In this document: positions 25,201 through 35,984 of the stretch, in pieces
How the letters are laid out: each line of letters begins with the position of its first letter
Position numbering within the stretch: position 1 is the first letter of the stretch
From: Chiloscyllium plagiosum
Taxonomy: Eukaryota
Length of the DNA stretch: 38,478 nucleotides
Assembly: GCF_004010195.1 (NCBI RefSeq)
Contig: NC_057718.1
Span: 64,145,110 to 64,183,587, forward strand
Reading direction: 5' to 3'
Translations under genes and position numbers: made by a program
Notes under the pieces: model-generated
The model's database searches: none
What the model was told of the DNA's origin: nothing
The model's input: the letters and a program-made list of their open reading frames with translations, nothing else

Positions 25201-25629
25201 GAGATTGACTGTTTTCGGCTGTTCCAGTGTTCAACACTCTGTTGAGGATGCTTAGTCACATACCCAACTATAGTCCATTCCACAGTGCTCACAGTAATTC
25301 TGGTGCTTTGTAGTCATTGCTTTTTGTGACTATCAGCAAGTGTCTCAAAGAGGGCATCACATCTGAACTCGAGCCTTCGTCCAACATCCCCACACTCAAA
25401 ACACACCCATATCCGTACAAAACATATCCACATCCACACAGAACACATATGTATATACACAAACACACACATAAAATACATACACTACAAGAGTATACAG
25501 GAAAGCCACACACACAGACCAAATCCTAAACTATGAAAGTAACCACCCCAACACACACAAACGAAGCTGCATCAGGACACTATTCAAAAGGGCCACAACA
25601 CACTGCAGTACACCAGAACTGCAAAAAGA

Positions 25630-26051
25630 NNNNNNNNNNNNNNNNNNNNNNNNNNNNNNNNNNNNNNNNNNNNNNNNNNNNNNNNNNNNNNNNNNNNNNN
25701 NNNNNNNNNNNNNNNNNNNNNNNNNNNNNNNNNNNNNNNNNNNNNNNNNNNNNNNNNNNNNNNNNNNNNNNNNNNNNNNNNNNNNNNNNNNNNNNNNNNN
25801 NNNNNNNNNNNNNNNNNNNNNNNNNNNNNNNNNNNNNNNNNNNNNNNNNNNNNNNNNNNNNNNNNNNNNNNNNNNNNNNNNNNNNNNNNNNNNNNNNNNN
25901 NNNNNNNNNNNNNNNNNNNNNNNNNNNNNNNNNNNNNNNNNNNNNNNNNNNNNNNNNNNNNNNNNNNNNNNNNNNNNNNNNNNNNNNNNNNNNNNNNNNN
26001 NNNNNNNNNNNNNNNNNNNNNNNNNNNNNNNNNNNNNNNNNNNNNNNNNNN
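25630..26051. other. Assembly gap (422 N)
   Basis: Run of N. Confidence 1.
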
Positions 26052-26304
26052 TTTTTGCCTTACTTATTTTATTCTTAAGTATACTATTCTTGCCTTTATA
26101 CTCGAAGGATGTTTGTGATTTTTTGGATTGGAATAAATGCAAAATATTACATCTTGGTAAAACAAACAAGGGCAGGACTTACACTGATTAAAGGTTGGGC
26201 CTCGGATAGTGATATGGAACAAAGAGACCGAGGGGTTCTGGTCTTTGAAGTATGTGTCACATGCAGACAGGGTGGTTCAGAAGGGGTTTAGCACATTTGC
26301 CTTC

Positions 26305-26602
26305 TGGGACAACACTACTATCATAGGGCAAGCCAGACAGAGAACAGCCAGGGAATTCCTAGAGGCATGGCATTCATCCACAAACTCCATCAACAAACAC
26401 ATCGACCTGGACCCAATATACCAACCACTACAGCGGTCGGCTGAAACTGACAACCGGAGGCGGCAGGGACAGATCACTATAAACACCGGAGGAAACATCA
26501 ACGAAGCGCTTCGCAGGAGGCTCCCAAGCACTGATGATGTCGCCTAGCCAGGGGACGAAACGTTTGCAACAAAGACTTCCAGCTCGGCGAACAGAACCAC
26601 AA
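26305..26602 (+). mobile_element. 3' end of a Penelope/Poseidon-type retroelement (endonuclease C-terminus plus pLTR)
   Basis: In-frame WDNTTIIGQARQRTAREFLEAWHSSTNSINKHIDLDPIYQPL followed by a hammerhead motif. Fused to an upstream CR1 fragment (~26130-26304). Confidence 0.8.
26528..26567 (+). ncRNA. Minimal type I hammerhead ribozyme motif
   Basis: GCA-CTGATGA-t-GTCgCCT-agcc-AGGgGAC-GAAA-C-GTT-TGC: stem I GCA/TGC, stem II 6 of 7 paired, palindromic stem III, GUU triplet. Confidence 0.8.
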
Positions 26603-27206
26603 CATACATACACTCAGATATGCACAAAACACACAATGTACGGGGGGGGGGGGAGGGAAGTCTTGGTGGAGGAGGAAGACATCAGAATTATCAGAACAAT
26701 TGGAGACAGACAAACTGACAGAATGTAATGGAACTTGTACAGGGCGCAGGATACTGAGGAAGTGTAATCAAAAAAGCTTTGGGCCTCTTTCGCCTCATAC
26801 TGAATATTTGTTGATTGCCTATTTTTGTGACCCTTAATATCTGAAACTAACAGAAACTGTTTATTTTCAGGCATCAAAAGAGAACAAGCGTGAAATGAAA
26901 GAGTCAGGCCGGATAGCTTTGTGGTAACGTGAACTGATGCTGCTGAAGAGACAGTGGTTTGAGGAATGATAGCTGTAATCGTGGCTGCATCAGACCCAAG
27001 AATGAAATCACTTTTGAAATCCACGAGGCAGGAGTTGGAGTTGATACAGTGGTTAAAGAAGTGAGTTTTAGTAGATGCCTGAGAAGGGAAATAAATAGCA
27101 ATGAAAATGACAAAGAGATAAATATAAATTTAATTGGAGAGAGGTGCAGAACTTAGTCAACGTGAACATTCCTGGAAGAGAAGTGGCAAACAACTGGACA
27201 CCAGTC

Positions 27207-27430
27207 CAAAAGTAAAATACTCTTCTGGATTGCTGGAAATTGGAAATGAAAACAGAACATGCTTGGCAGAAACTGTGGAGAAAGAAACAGGGTTGATGTT
27301 TCAGGCCTTTCATCAGAGCTAGGAATAAACAACTCCTCAGTAGGTGAATTGTGGGATAGTAAGGAAAGAACAAAACAGAAGGTCTGTAATAGGGCTGAAT
27401 ACAGGAGACAAATGACAAACCATTGATGGA
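27207..27430 (-). mobile_element. Old PLE pseudo-LTR fragment with degenerate hammerhead core
   Basis: Minus strand ctCTGATGAaaggcctGAAAcatc (27318-27295) followed by a ...gttttcatttccaatttccagcaatc end resembling 985-1015. Confidence 0.6.
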
Positions 27431-28626
27431 GCAGAGCCACACAGACTAGAAATGGGACATATACTTTTTGTTGGGATTCACTAGTTAACAATCAGTAGCT
27501 GAAACCTGAACAATTTTCGCTTTAGTGCTTTTTTCTGTTTTCCTTCCTCCATTAAGCTAGGAGAATTTGCCAGGCAAAACTGAAATACACCAAGCAGACA
27601 TGTTTGCCATTCAAGTGGTGAAAATTCACACAAATAAAATACTTGTCAGCACAAGTCACTGTTACTCTTCTTACCCTCTTCCTAATTTCAACTAGACAGG
27701 TACCTACTGGAGTTACATACCCTCACTAACATAATACACAGCCCTACTAAACTGAGTTAGATACTAATTGACAAGCAGCAACTCCAACTTCATGGTTCAA
27801 AATACAGAGTTGGAGGACATGTTGAACATGGAATTTCCCGGTAACTAACAGCTATTCTTCCTTTATAAACTTGCAAGCTATGTTACTTAGTGTGAATGGT
27901 ATCGTACAGCAGTATTGCTGAGGTGTGGGATTCTAAATTGGCATAGACCAGTAAAGAAACACTCCAACATTTCATTGTAAATAGTATACACAATCTGTCT
28001 TTAATACAACAGAAAACATCAACATTCTTTATTTAGAATGTTCACCAGTGGCGACAAATCAATGACTCCCTACATTAAGGGACAGCAATAATTGATTAAA
28101 ACATAATCAATTTTGTTTATAAAAAGGTACGGTGGCAACTTAAGTAAGAGCACAACCAAAGTTGAATAATTCGAGCACTTGGAGCAAAAGGATTTCGTTC
28201 CTTTTATTGGGAGCAACTGCTGAACAAAGTCAATCCAACAAGTTCTACATCAAAGGTTTAAACACTGGACTGCATCCAATTGGCAAACTCTGCCACAGGT
28301 GACATTATTTATAACTTCCATGTTCTTTGCTTATGATTTGAAAACTTTCATGTAAATGTGCAACGGGGAAGAAAATGGTTGTGACCACACTTAGAGGAGG
28401 CAGGGTAACTGACTCAACCCGTGAGGGAGGGGGCTGCAGCTAACACTGATTGTAGGGCTTTTAAAAGGGGAAGAACATTGATCTCAGGTCTATGCAATGT
28501 ATAGCAGACTGGCTGCCTATTCTCGTCATCCTACAGAATACACCCTGTGTGTTGCACCTCTCTGATCAACTCTGACAGCTGTTAGCTTTTCATATGGAGG
28601 AAGACAAGCTTTAGGGATGTCACACA

Positions 28627-29060
28627 CCCCTCCACCTGCAGGGCTCTCTCTTCCTTGTTACGGGCTGTCCTGTCCTGTAATGACAGAATAGTAGGGGAAG
28701 TTAGTGAAATAGGTACTGGTGCATATGGAAGCAAGGTGGAGAGATATATTGAAGGATGAGGAAGCAGTACAGGGGCAAAGCAGGGTTGGTGGTCTGGGAG
28801 GACAGTGGGAGGTAACAGAGTAAATAGTGGAACATGAGCCTTTGTGGGAGGTAGGTGCAGGAGCAGAGATAAAGTGAAGGTGAGGTGACAGAGAGAAAAA
28901 GTGTGTCACTGTTACTCTGGTGGAGCAGAGGAGATCATTAACTTGCTTTCTGTATTGCTGGACATTTCATCTCGCCTTGGAGATGGCACTAATTCAGGCT
29001 GGCAGCATTGGAAGTGCAGCCTTCTTTGGTGGTTCTCTGGGTAGAGGATGCCTCTCCCTT
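28627..29060 (-). pseudogene. Second decayed spliced Myb/SANT-like ORF (PIF/Harbinger-type)
   Basis: Minus strand ISAISKAR*NVQQYRKQVNDLLCSTR, then GTAACA (donor 28915) ... TTACAG (acceptor 28675), then DRTARNKEERA../GGG. Confidence 0.65.
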
Positions 29061-29635
29061 GGTTCACCCTGCCCATCAGGACCTCCGGGCAGCTCTCCCA
29101 CTAATTTTTTTTCAGTTGTATGGTCCTCTGAAGTCTGTGCACCTTCCAGGACCAGAAATCAATGCTGAAGGGGGTTGGCAAGCTGATCACTGTGCACGGG
29201 TTCTCAGAATGGCTGCTCACACACATAGGTACACAGTGTAGAGGGAACACTGCCTCCAGTCCCTGTCGGAGAATCACAGTGTCACCTTCCTCTACTCCGA
29301 CATGTTGAGACTCAGGCTTTGAGTAAGGAGGGCAGCTTTGGAATGCCAGTGCTCATACAGGTTGACAACAGACTTTTTAAGATGGCACGGACGCAAGAGA
29401 TGCCAGTCTTTTGGAAGACATCCATTAAGTGGTGAGTTATTTGTGAGAATGGCATGTGCCAAGAAGGGTCATAGTAGGTAATTAATGAAGTGAGTTTGGT
29501 AAGATAACTTGCTACGTGACATGGTAAAAAACTCTTTCGAAAAGCTCAATGGAACTCAGATTTAGTCAAGAAAACTCATTCCAGAGGATATCATGTAAAA
29601 TGTATTTAGCATTTATTATTATCACAAGATCATAT

Positions 29636-30050
29636 AATGTAGAAACAGAATCAGACATTAAGTCCATTGAGTCTGCTCCACAGTTGAATGAGATCATAGC
29701 TGATTTGATAATCCTCCATTCCACTTTCCTGCCTTTCCTCATAAGCCTTGTTTTCTTACTGATTAAAGTTGTCTATCTTAGCCTTAATGAACAGCTTTAA
29801 TAATTCTTAGTGGTAAAGTATTCCACACATTCACAACCCTTTAAGAGAAGCAATCCTCCTCAAAGTTATCTTAAATGGGCATGTCCTTATTCTAAGATTA
29901 TGCCTCTGATCCGAGACTCTCCCCTAAAGGGAAATGAATTGTCAGTATCTACTCTGCAAAGTCACCCTAGAATCTTACATGCTTCAATGCTTACATGCTT
30001 CACCTCTCACTCTTCAAAACTCCAATTGGTACATGCCCAACCTACCAAAC
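29636..30050 (-). mobile_element. Old CR1-like LINE 3' end
   Basis: gagtctgctccac...aatgagatcatagctgat...ccactttcctgcc; similar to 14706-15000 and 21230-21550. Confidence 0.6.
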
Positions 30051-30391
30051 CACTTCTGATAGGGCTGTATTATCATATTGCCTTATGTAAAATTGTAATA
30101 ATGCGATGGCCTCTCTCTAATTGTATTCAGTACAACTAAAGTTTCCACAAACTTTTGACTCTCCCCTAAAGGGAAATGAACTGTCAGTATCTACTCTGCA
30201 AAGTCACCCTAGAATCTTACATGCTTCAATATAGTCACCTCTCACTCTTCAAAACTCCAATTGGTACATGCCCAACCTACCAAAACACTTCTGATAGGGC
30301 TGTATTATCATATTGCCTTATGTAAAATTGTAATAATGCGATGGCCTCTCTCTAATTGTATTCAGTACAACTAAAGTTTCCACAAACTTTT
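29915..30391. repeat. Tandem direct duplication (242 bp and 235 bp)
   Basis: Copy 1 is 29915-30156 and copy 2 is 30157-30391. They differ by two substitutions and one complex indel. Confidence 0.97.
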
Positions 30392-31569
30392 TAAAAACAT
30401 TGTCTTTGTAGCAGACCTTATCTACAAAACACATCAGGACATCCAGATTGAATTATGCACCAGTGGGGGCTCGGTCTGACTGTGTTTAGCAGGGTTCAAA
30501 ACTAGAACATGTTACTTTAGACACAAGAATACTAACAGGCTTTGGGCTGGCACTCAGAACTCAGAAGCTGTGCATACTCTCTGGAACCTTCTCAGGTGGA
30601 CAGCGGTGAAAAAAGTGTTGCCTATTTTCTTCTGTTTTTGCTTCTCCGAGGTGTGATTTCCAGCAAAATACTGGGAGCTGGGTTTTGGTGCTCTTCCTCC
30701 CACAGTACCCCGAGCTCACAGTTCCACTAGACAATCTGACTATGAAGAGAACCCACCACTTAAAGCCAGTGCACTGGAGTTAATATGATTTCTAGGTAGT
30801 GGGCAATAAAACTAAAAGACCAGTGTTGTGATCCCTCATGCAGCCTTAGATCTTCCAGAGCAAGGAGTCAACCTCAACTGAATGTTGCAGACTGGTCCAT
30901 TCCAAGGTTCAGAACTGTGTGCTGAGGAACGCACTAAAGCTTGATTCCCCAAAGGTGCAGTGGGGATAGACCATTATCTAAGGTCTCTCTACCAAAGTTA
31001 AATGGGGGTCCGTTCAGATATCATACCCTCCCGCTGCCTCAAGTATGTAAATATAGTCTTGTACAAGTAAGAAATGCCTTTGGTTTGTATGTTGGATAGA
31101 GTCAAACTCCAATGTTGGTTTGTATGCTACTGTACAGAATCAAATTGCTTTATTGACTATGCATGCACATAAAGATATTCTTATGAATGAAGTTTCTTTT
31201 ACAAAACTTTTTTTAAAAATCCCTAATACAGCCTTACTGGATGCTAAAATATGGACTGTATCAGATGCAGCATGCATCAGTTCCTGTACTGATTTCGAGA
31301 AGAATCAATAGAGAAAAAGTGTCTGCCAGCAAGTCAGGGGAGAGAAACACAATAGCACCAACATATGTGTCAGAAAGAAAAACCCAACATCAAATATTAG
31401 GAAATAATCTGCTGGGATTATTCAGGATTGAAGTGTTGCCTAAATTATGAAATGTGCTTCATGCATTGTAAGTGTGTCTTCCCATGATACTGTTTGAAAT
31501 AGTGTAGGAACGTGTTTGGCAATGCCCTAGTTCAGCACTTAGCCTTCAACCAACATCTAAAAACTGATT

Positions 31570-31735
31570 ATTGTCACATGGCATTTAAGGGATTTGGCTG
31601 TGCACAAATTGGCTTCTGCTTTTCCAACAGTCCAACAGTGATTAAACATTGAAAAGCATTTCATTAGCAGTAAAGCACTTTGGGATATCCTAAGGTTATG
31701 AAAGATACTACAGAAATACAATTCTTTCTCTTTCT
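31570..31735 (+). mobile_element. Ancient DeuSINE/AmnSINE-like 3' fragment
   Basis: gctgtgcacaaattggct...aacagtga...aaaagcatttcattagcagtaaagcactttgggatatcct resembles the recalled DeuSINE 3' region. A weaker copy lies at ~37505-37595. Confidence 0.55.
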
Positions 31736-31794
31736 CTCTTTGGAATTGACCCTTATTGTACTGCCAAATGGTTAGTTCCATTTATCTGATCCAC

Positions 31795-32297
31795 AGCGGC
31801 ACGTTGGCTCAGTGGTTAGCACTGCTACCCTCACAGTGCCAGGGACCTGGCTTTGATACCAGCTTTGGACGCTCTAGTTTCCTCCCACAGTGCAAAGATG
31901 TGCAGGTTTTGTGAATTGGCCACTCTAAATTGTCCCGTAAAGTCTAGAATGTGCAGATTAGTTTGGTTAGCCATGGTAAATATGGGGATAGGGTGGGATG
32001 CTCTTCAGAGGGTCAGTGCAGGCTCGATGGGCTCAATGACTTCTTTGAGGAGAAAGTGAGGTCTGCAGATGCTGGAGATCACAGATGGAAATGTGTTGCT
32101 GGAAAAGCGCAGCAGGTCAGGCAGCATCTAGGGAACAGGAGAATCGACGTTTCGGGCATTAGCCCTTCCTGAAGAAGGGCTAATGCCCGAAACGTCGATT
32201 CTCCTGTTCCCTAGATGCTGCCTGACCTGCTGCACTTTTCCAGCAACACATTTCCATCAATGACTTCCTTCCACACTGTAGGGATTCTATGATTCTA
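31795..32297 (+). mobile_element. HE1-like SINE (internally deleted) interrupted by a fold-back element
   Basis: Head gcggcacgttggctcagtggttagcactgct; tail ccacactgtagggattctatgattcta. Confidence 0.85.
32047..32256. mobile_element. Fold-back PLE terminal-repeat insertion (family A variant) with hammerhead core
   Basis: 85-bp inverted arms 32084-32168 and 32174-32258 (1 mismatch), tail 32047-32083, TSD tcaatgacttc (32033-32043, 32257-32267). Intact plus-strand core CTGAAGA-a-GGGC-taat-GCCC-GAAA-CGTC (32169-32196). Confidence 0.92.
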
Positions 32298-33747
32298 CAC
32301 TGCCTGTGTGCTAAGTGTGCACAGTGTCAGTGGTGAAGTAATTGACATCTATTCTGCCATTTGCAGTTGCTTTAACTGGCAATCAGTTCCTTTGCATTGT
32401 GCAATAAAAGATGCCCAAATCTTTTTAATCCAAAGCTGAATGAAATAAAGAGAGCCCAGGTTACATTTATTAATAAAAATAGATAGTCTGAGTTAATACA
32501 TCTAATACTGTCTTTTAAAAGATACCACTATCAGGATCTGTTTCATCAGCTTTTTGAGTGTAATGCATAAGTTTCTCTTTTGCATTTCCTCTTTTAAACA
32601 GAAATGTTCTCATTACTGTTTTACCATGCTTCTGTGAACAATTGCTCTTGCTCAAGTCAGACCGATGATAACAAGGAATGAGTTAAGATCTATTTGTCCT
32701 GGACCAGACAGAGTAAACAGTGGCCCATGTGGCTTACCTTAGGCAGGAGGTAGGATGAAAGACTTGCCTGGCCTCCTCACGGTTTGGTGACATTCCCAGT
32801 AATCCTCACAGCATTTGGAAGCAATTACAAAAGTCAGCTGAATGTACTCATAAGCGGTTTAATGGTCAAATTGTGTAGGACCAAACTTCTAAAGAATAAG
32901 GTGGATCACAGAGCTTTAAAATAGGATGTATACATGGATTTCCCAAAAATACCGATTGATACAATATCAGTAAGGATAGTCTCTACTTGCAACAACTGTG
33001 ATGGAAATCATTCAAAATGAGTGAAATCTGAAAATGTATTTTACACGTACATTCACAACAAAAGACATACTGCCTAATGTGTGAAATTTAAATCTACTAC
33101 TGCTGTGCTGCTTCATGAAATATTTTTAAAATAAATATTTATCTAACCCACAAAGATATAGGGGATTGGATTAAATCACCATTGAAAATTGCCAAGGAGG
33201 TTGTCACAATTACCCTATGTCCACTGAATATAATGCAGGTAGCAAGGCAACACCTAATGTTGCTTTGAGTCAGCCTCATATCTGGCATTTATCTCTGTTT
33301 CACCTCAGGCCCTCACATACTTCGCACTGCTACCATCTTCACACACATAGCTCACATTTGTACAAATTTCTGGCAATTTAACGCCACAGATGCTAAATAT
33401 TCACTAACACACTCCTTTCTCTTTCATGCAGAATTTCTCTTTCAAGTAGAATAAGGTGATGCCTGACTAAGTACAGTAGGAGATGGGCAGAGGGAGTTGG
33501 ACCCGGCTTGCTGTCCTCTCTTGTGGAGAAGATGTTGACGATAATTGGGGTGGCAACTGCTGAGGCTGGAGTGTCCTCATAATTAACCTGGATTCTTGCA
33601 TCCCACTGCCTCCTCATCAGAAATCTTTACTTACTCACAAGATGCAAATGAAGTAGGCATGCACCTTCTATTTTGTCCCCCTTCCTCTAAATAAGATGCA
33701 ACCTGACCACATAGTGAAGGAACATCGAGAAGAGAGTGATAGAGGCA

Positions 33748-34100
33748 GAGAGTCATAGAGATGTACAGCACGAAACAGACCTTTCAGTCCAACTCGTCCA
33801 AACAGACCAGTTATCCTAACCTAATCTAGTCTCATTTGTCAGCACTTGGCCCATATCCCTCTAAATTCTTCCTATTCATATGCCCATCTAGATGCCTTTT
33901 GAATGCTGCAATTGTACCAGCCTCCACTACTTCCTCTGGCATGACCCTCTATACGAAAACATTTAGGTCCCTTTTATATCTTTCCCCTCTCACCCTAAAC
34001 CTATGCCCTCTAGTTCTGGACTCCCCCACCCCAGGGGAAAGACTTTCTCTATTTATCCTAAAATTGCCCCTCATGATTTTATAAACCTTTATAAGGTCAC
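33748..34100 (-). mobile_element. CR1 3' end
   Basis: Reverse complement of ~1965-2337; agagtcatagag tail. Confidence 0.9.
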
Positions 34101-34121
34101 TCTCGAAGAACAAAGGACTGT

Positions 34122-34415
34122 CACTGTTGCCTCACAGCGCCAGGGACCCAGGTTCAATTCCAGCCTCAGGCGAATGTCTGTATGGAATTTACACATTCTC
34201 CCAATGTCTGCATAGGTTTCCTCCAGGTGCTCCAGTTTCCTCCCACAGTCCAAACTTTTGCAGGTAAGGTGAATTGACCATGCTAAATTGCCCATAGTGT
34301 TAGGTGCATTAGTCAGAGGGAAATGCGTCTGGTGTGTTACTTTTTGGATGGTCAGTGTGGACTTGTTGGGCCGAAGGGCCTGTTTCCAAACTGTTGAGAA
34401 TCTAATTTAATCTAA
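34122..34415 (+). mobile_element. HE1-like SINE, 5'-truncated
   Basis: cactgttgcctcacagcgccagggacccaggttcaattcc...gggccgaagggcctgtttcc...aatcta. Confidence 0.9.
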
Positions 34416-35494
34416 AAAAAAGTCCCCATTTGATGACAAGGCATTTAACGTTGTTTTGATTTAAAGTTGGTCTGTTAATAATGCCTATATTCTCATGTAG
34501 TGCATGAGGTAGATTTTAAAGATATTTTCTTCCGATCTTAAGTAGGGCTGCATGACCAGATTGGTGTCAGCTAGAAGCAGCCTGCTATTCTCAAACCTAC
34601 CTTCATGCTGCTGACACTCTGACTTGCAGCCTCTGTCACTCCCTGACTCACCCTCTTGCGGAACCTCCCACTCCCCAGAATTCCCACTGATGCTTCCCTC
34701 TTCTGAACCTGCATCCCCTTCTAAGTCCTGATCCACAGCCAGATCTGATCAGAAGCTGTAGCTCCAGCATAGTGAAAATGGGGATCCTGGCTGTGGAGAA
34801 GTGCTGTCAAAATCGACATTTTCCTTATAGATTGCTGCTTACCTCTCCTAAGCCTTTGGTGTGAGTGTTGGCTCTGGAGATGAGTGGCAGGAGGAGTAGC
34901 ATTGAAGTTGTGCCAGTGTGTTCATTCACCCTGAGGATTCAGGAGAAGGAGCCTATGAGAGAGAGAGAGCCAGGAGCAAGAGGTTCAGCGAGTGGAGGGT
35001 CGGCGAGAGGGGAATTCCGGGAACAGTCGCAGCTGCAAGACAGAGTGTTGGGAACAAGCACAGGTATACTGGTTAGGGAACAGGAGATGAGAGTACACAA
35101 ACCACAGGGTCTGTGGGTGGAAGGGTTCACAATGACTAGGACAGTCAAAGAACACCACTTGTTCATCTACCAGTGAAAGAATTTAGCAATGTCAACAATT
35201 TCAACTTACACGGTAAAATTTTAACATTTCTTTACTGATTTAGAAGACCCAAATTATGCTTTTATGTTGATTTTAATGCGATAATCTGATTCACTTAAAG
35301 TTGATTTTCTGGAAAGCAATTGCAACTTTAACTGAAGACTTACTGTATTGGAAGCCCACTCTGTATGTGTGCTAGATTATATACTATGTGGTTGGCAGAT
35401 AGCCCTGGTCATCCAGTACCTACCCTTTGGCCTGCCAAACTGATTCAAAACTGCTGCAGACTGAAGTCATCATGACTGCTAGGGTATTGATTAG

Positions 35495-35680
35495 ATCTTG
35501 ATTTAATTTATTATTGTCACGTGTACAGTGAAAAGTGCTGTTTCCGTGTGATCTAGACCAATCATACCTCATATAAGTATGTAAGTAGAACAGAATGCAG
35601 AATATGCTGTTACAGCTACAGAAAAGGTGCAGCCAAAGATCAAGTCTAATATATCAGAGGTCCATTCATAAGTCTGATCT
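35495..35680 (-). mobile_element. Probable LINE 3' end (Rex/L2-like)
   Basis: ttattgtcacgtgtacagtgaaaag is the reverse complement of the type of end seen at 19720-19754 (cttttcactgt...catgacaataa). Confidence 0.55.
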
Positions 35681-35984
35681 TGGCCATTGACCTGTATGAT
35701 TTACTGCCTAAGGTCATGCACTGAAGTGGAATCTCTTTCTATTCTGCTCTAGGCAGAGTTGATGTGACACTCACTTGGTGGTGTGAAGTAGTCAATGGCA
35801 CACTGCCCAATGAGGAAGTCTGCGAGCTTCGTAAATCCCAATGCTTGCTCTACATGCTGAGATCAGGCATGAGAGAATGATATGTAGTTACACCATAGTT
35901 AGTACTCTTTGAAGAGAAGTCCTCAGTGACCTTCTTTAACTAACAACGATACTGTGAAATGTTGAAAGTATTTCCAGTTTCAGC

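Noticed and set aside
25531..26169. Long ORFs of 212 aa and 181 aa
   Set aside because: They span the N gap, and the flanks are low-complexity or look error-prone.
26209..26547. 112-aa ORF as a chimeric gene
   Set aside because: Chance in-frame junction of a CR1 fragment and a PLE fragment beside an assembly gap.
33185..33520. Possible third Myb/SANT relic on the plus strand (IAKEV...)
   Set aside because: Too degenerate, and the key W, QC and TGGG motifs are not recoverable.
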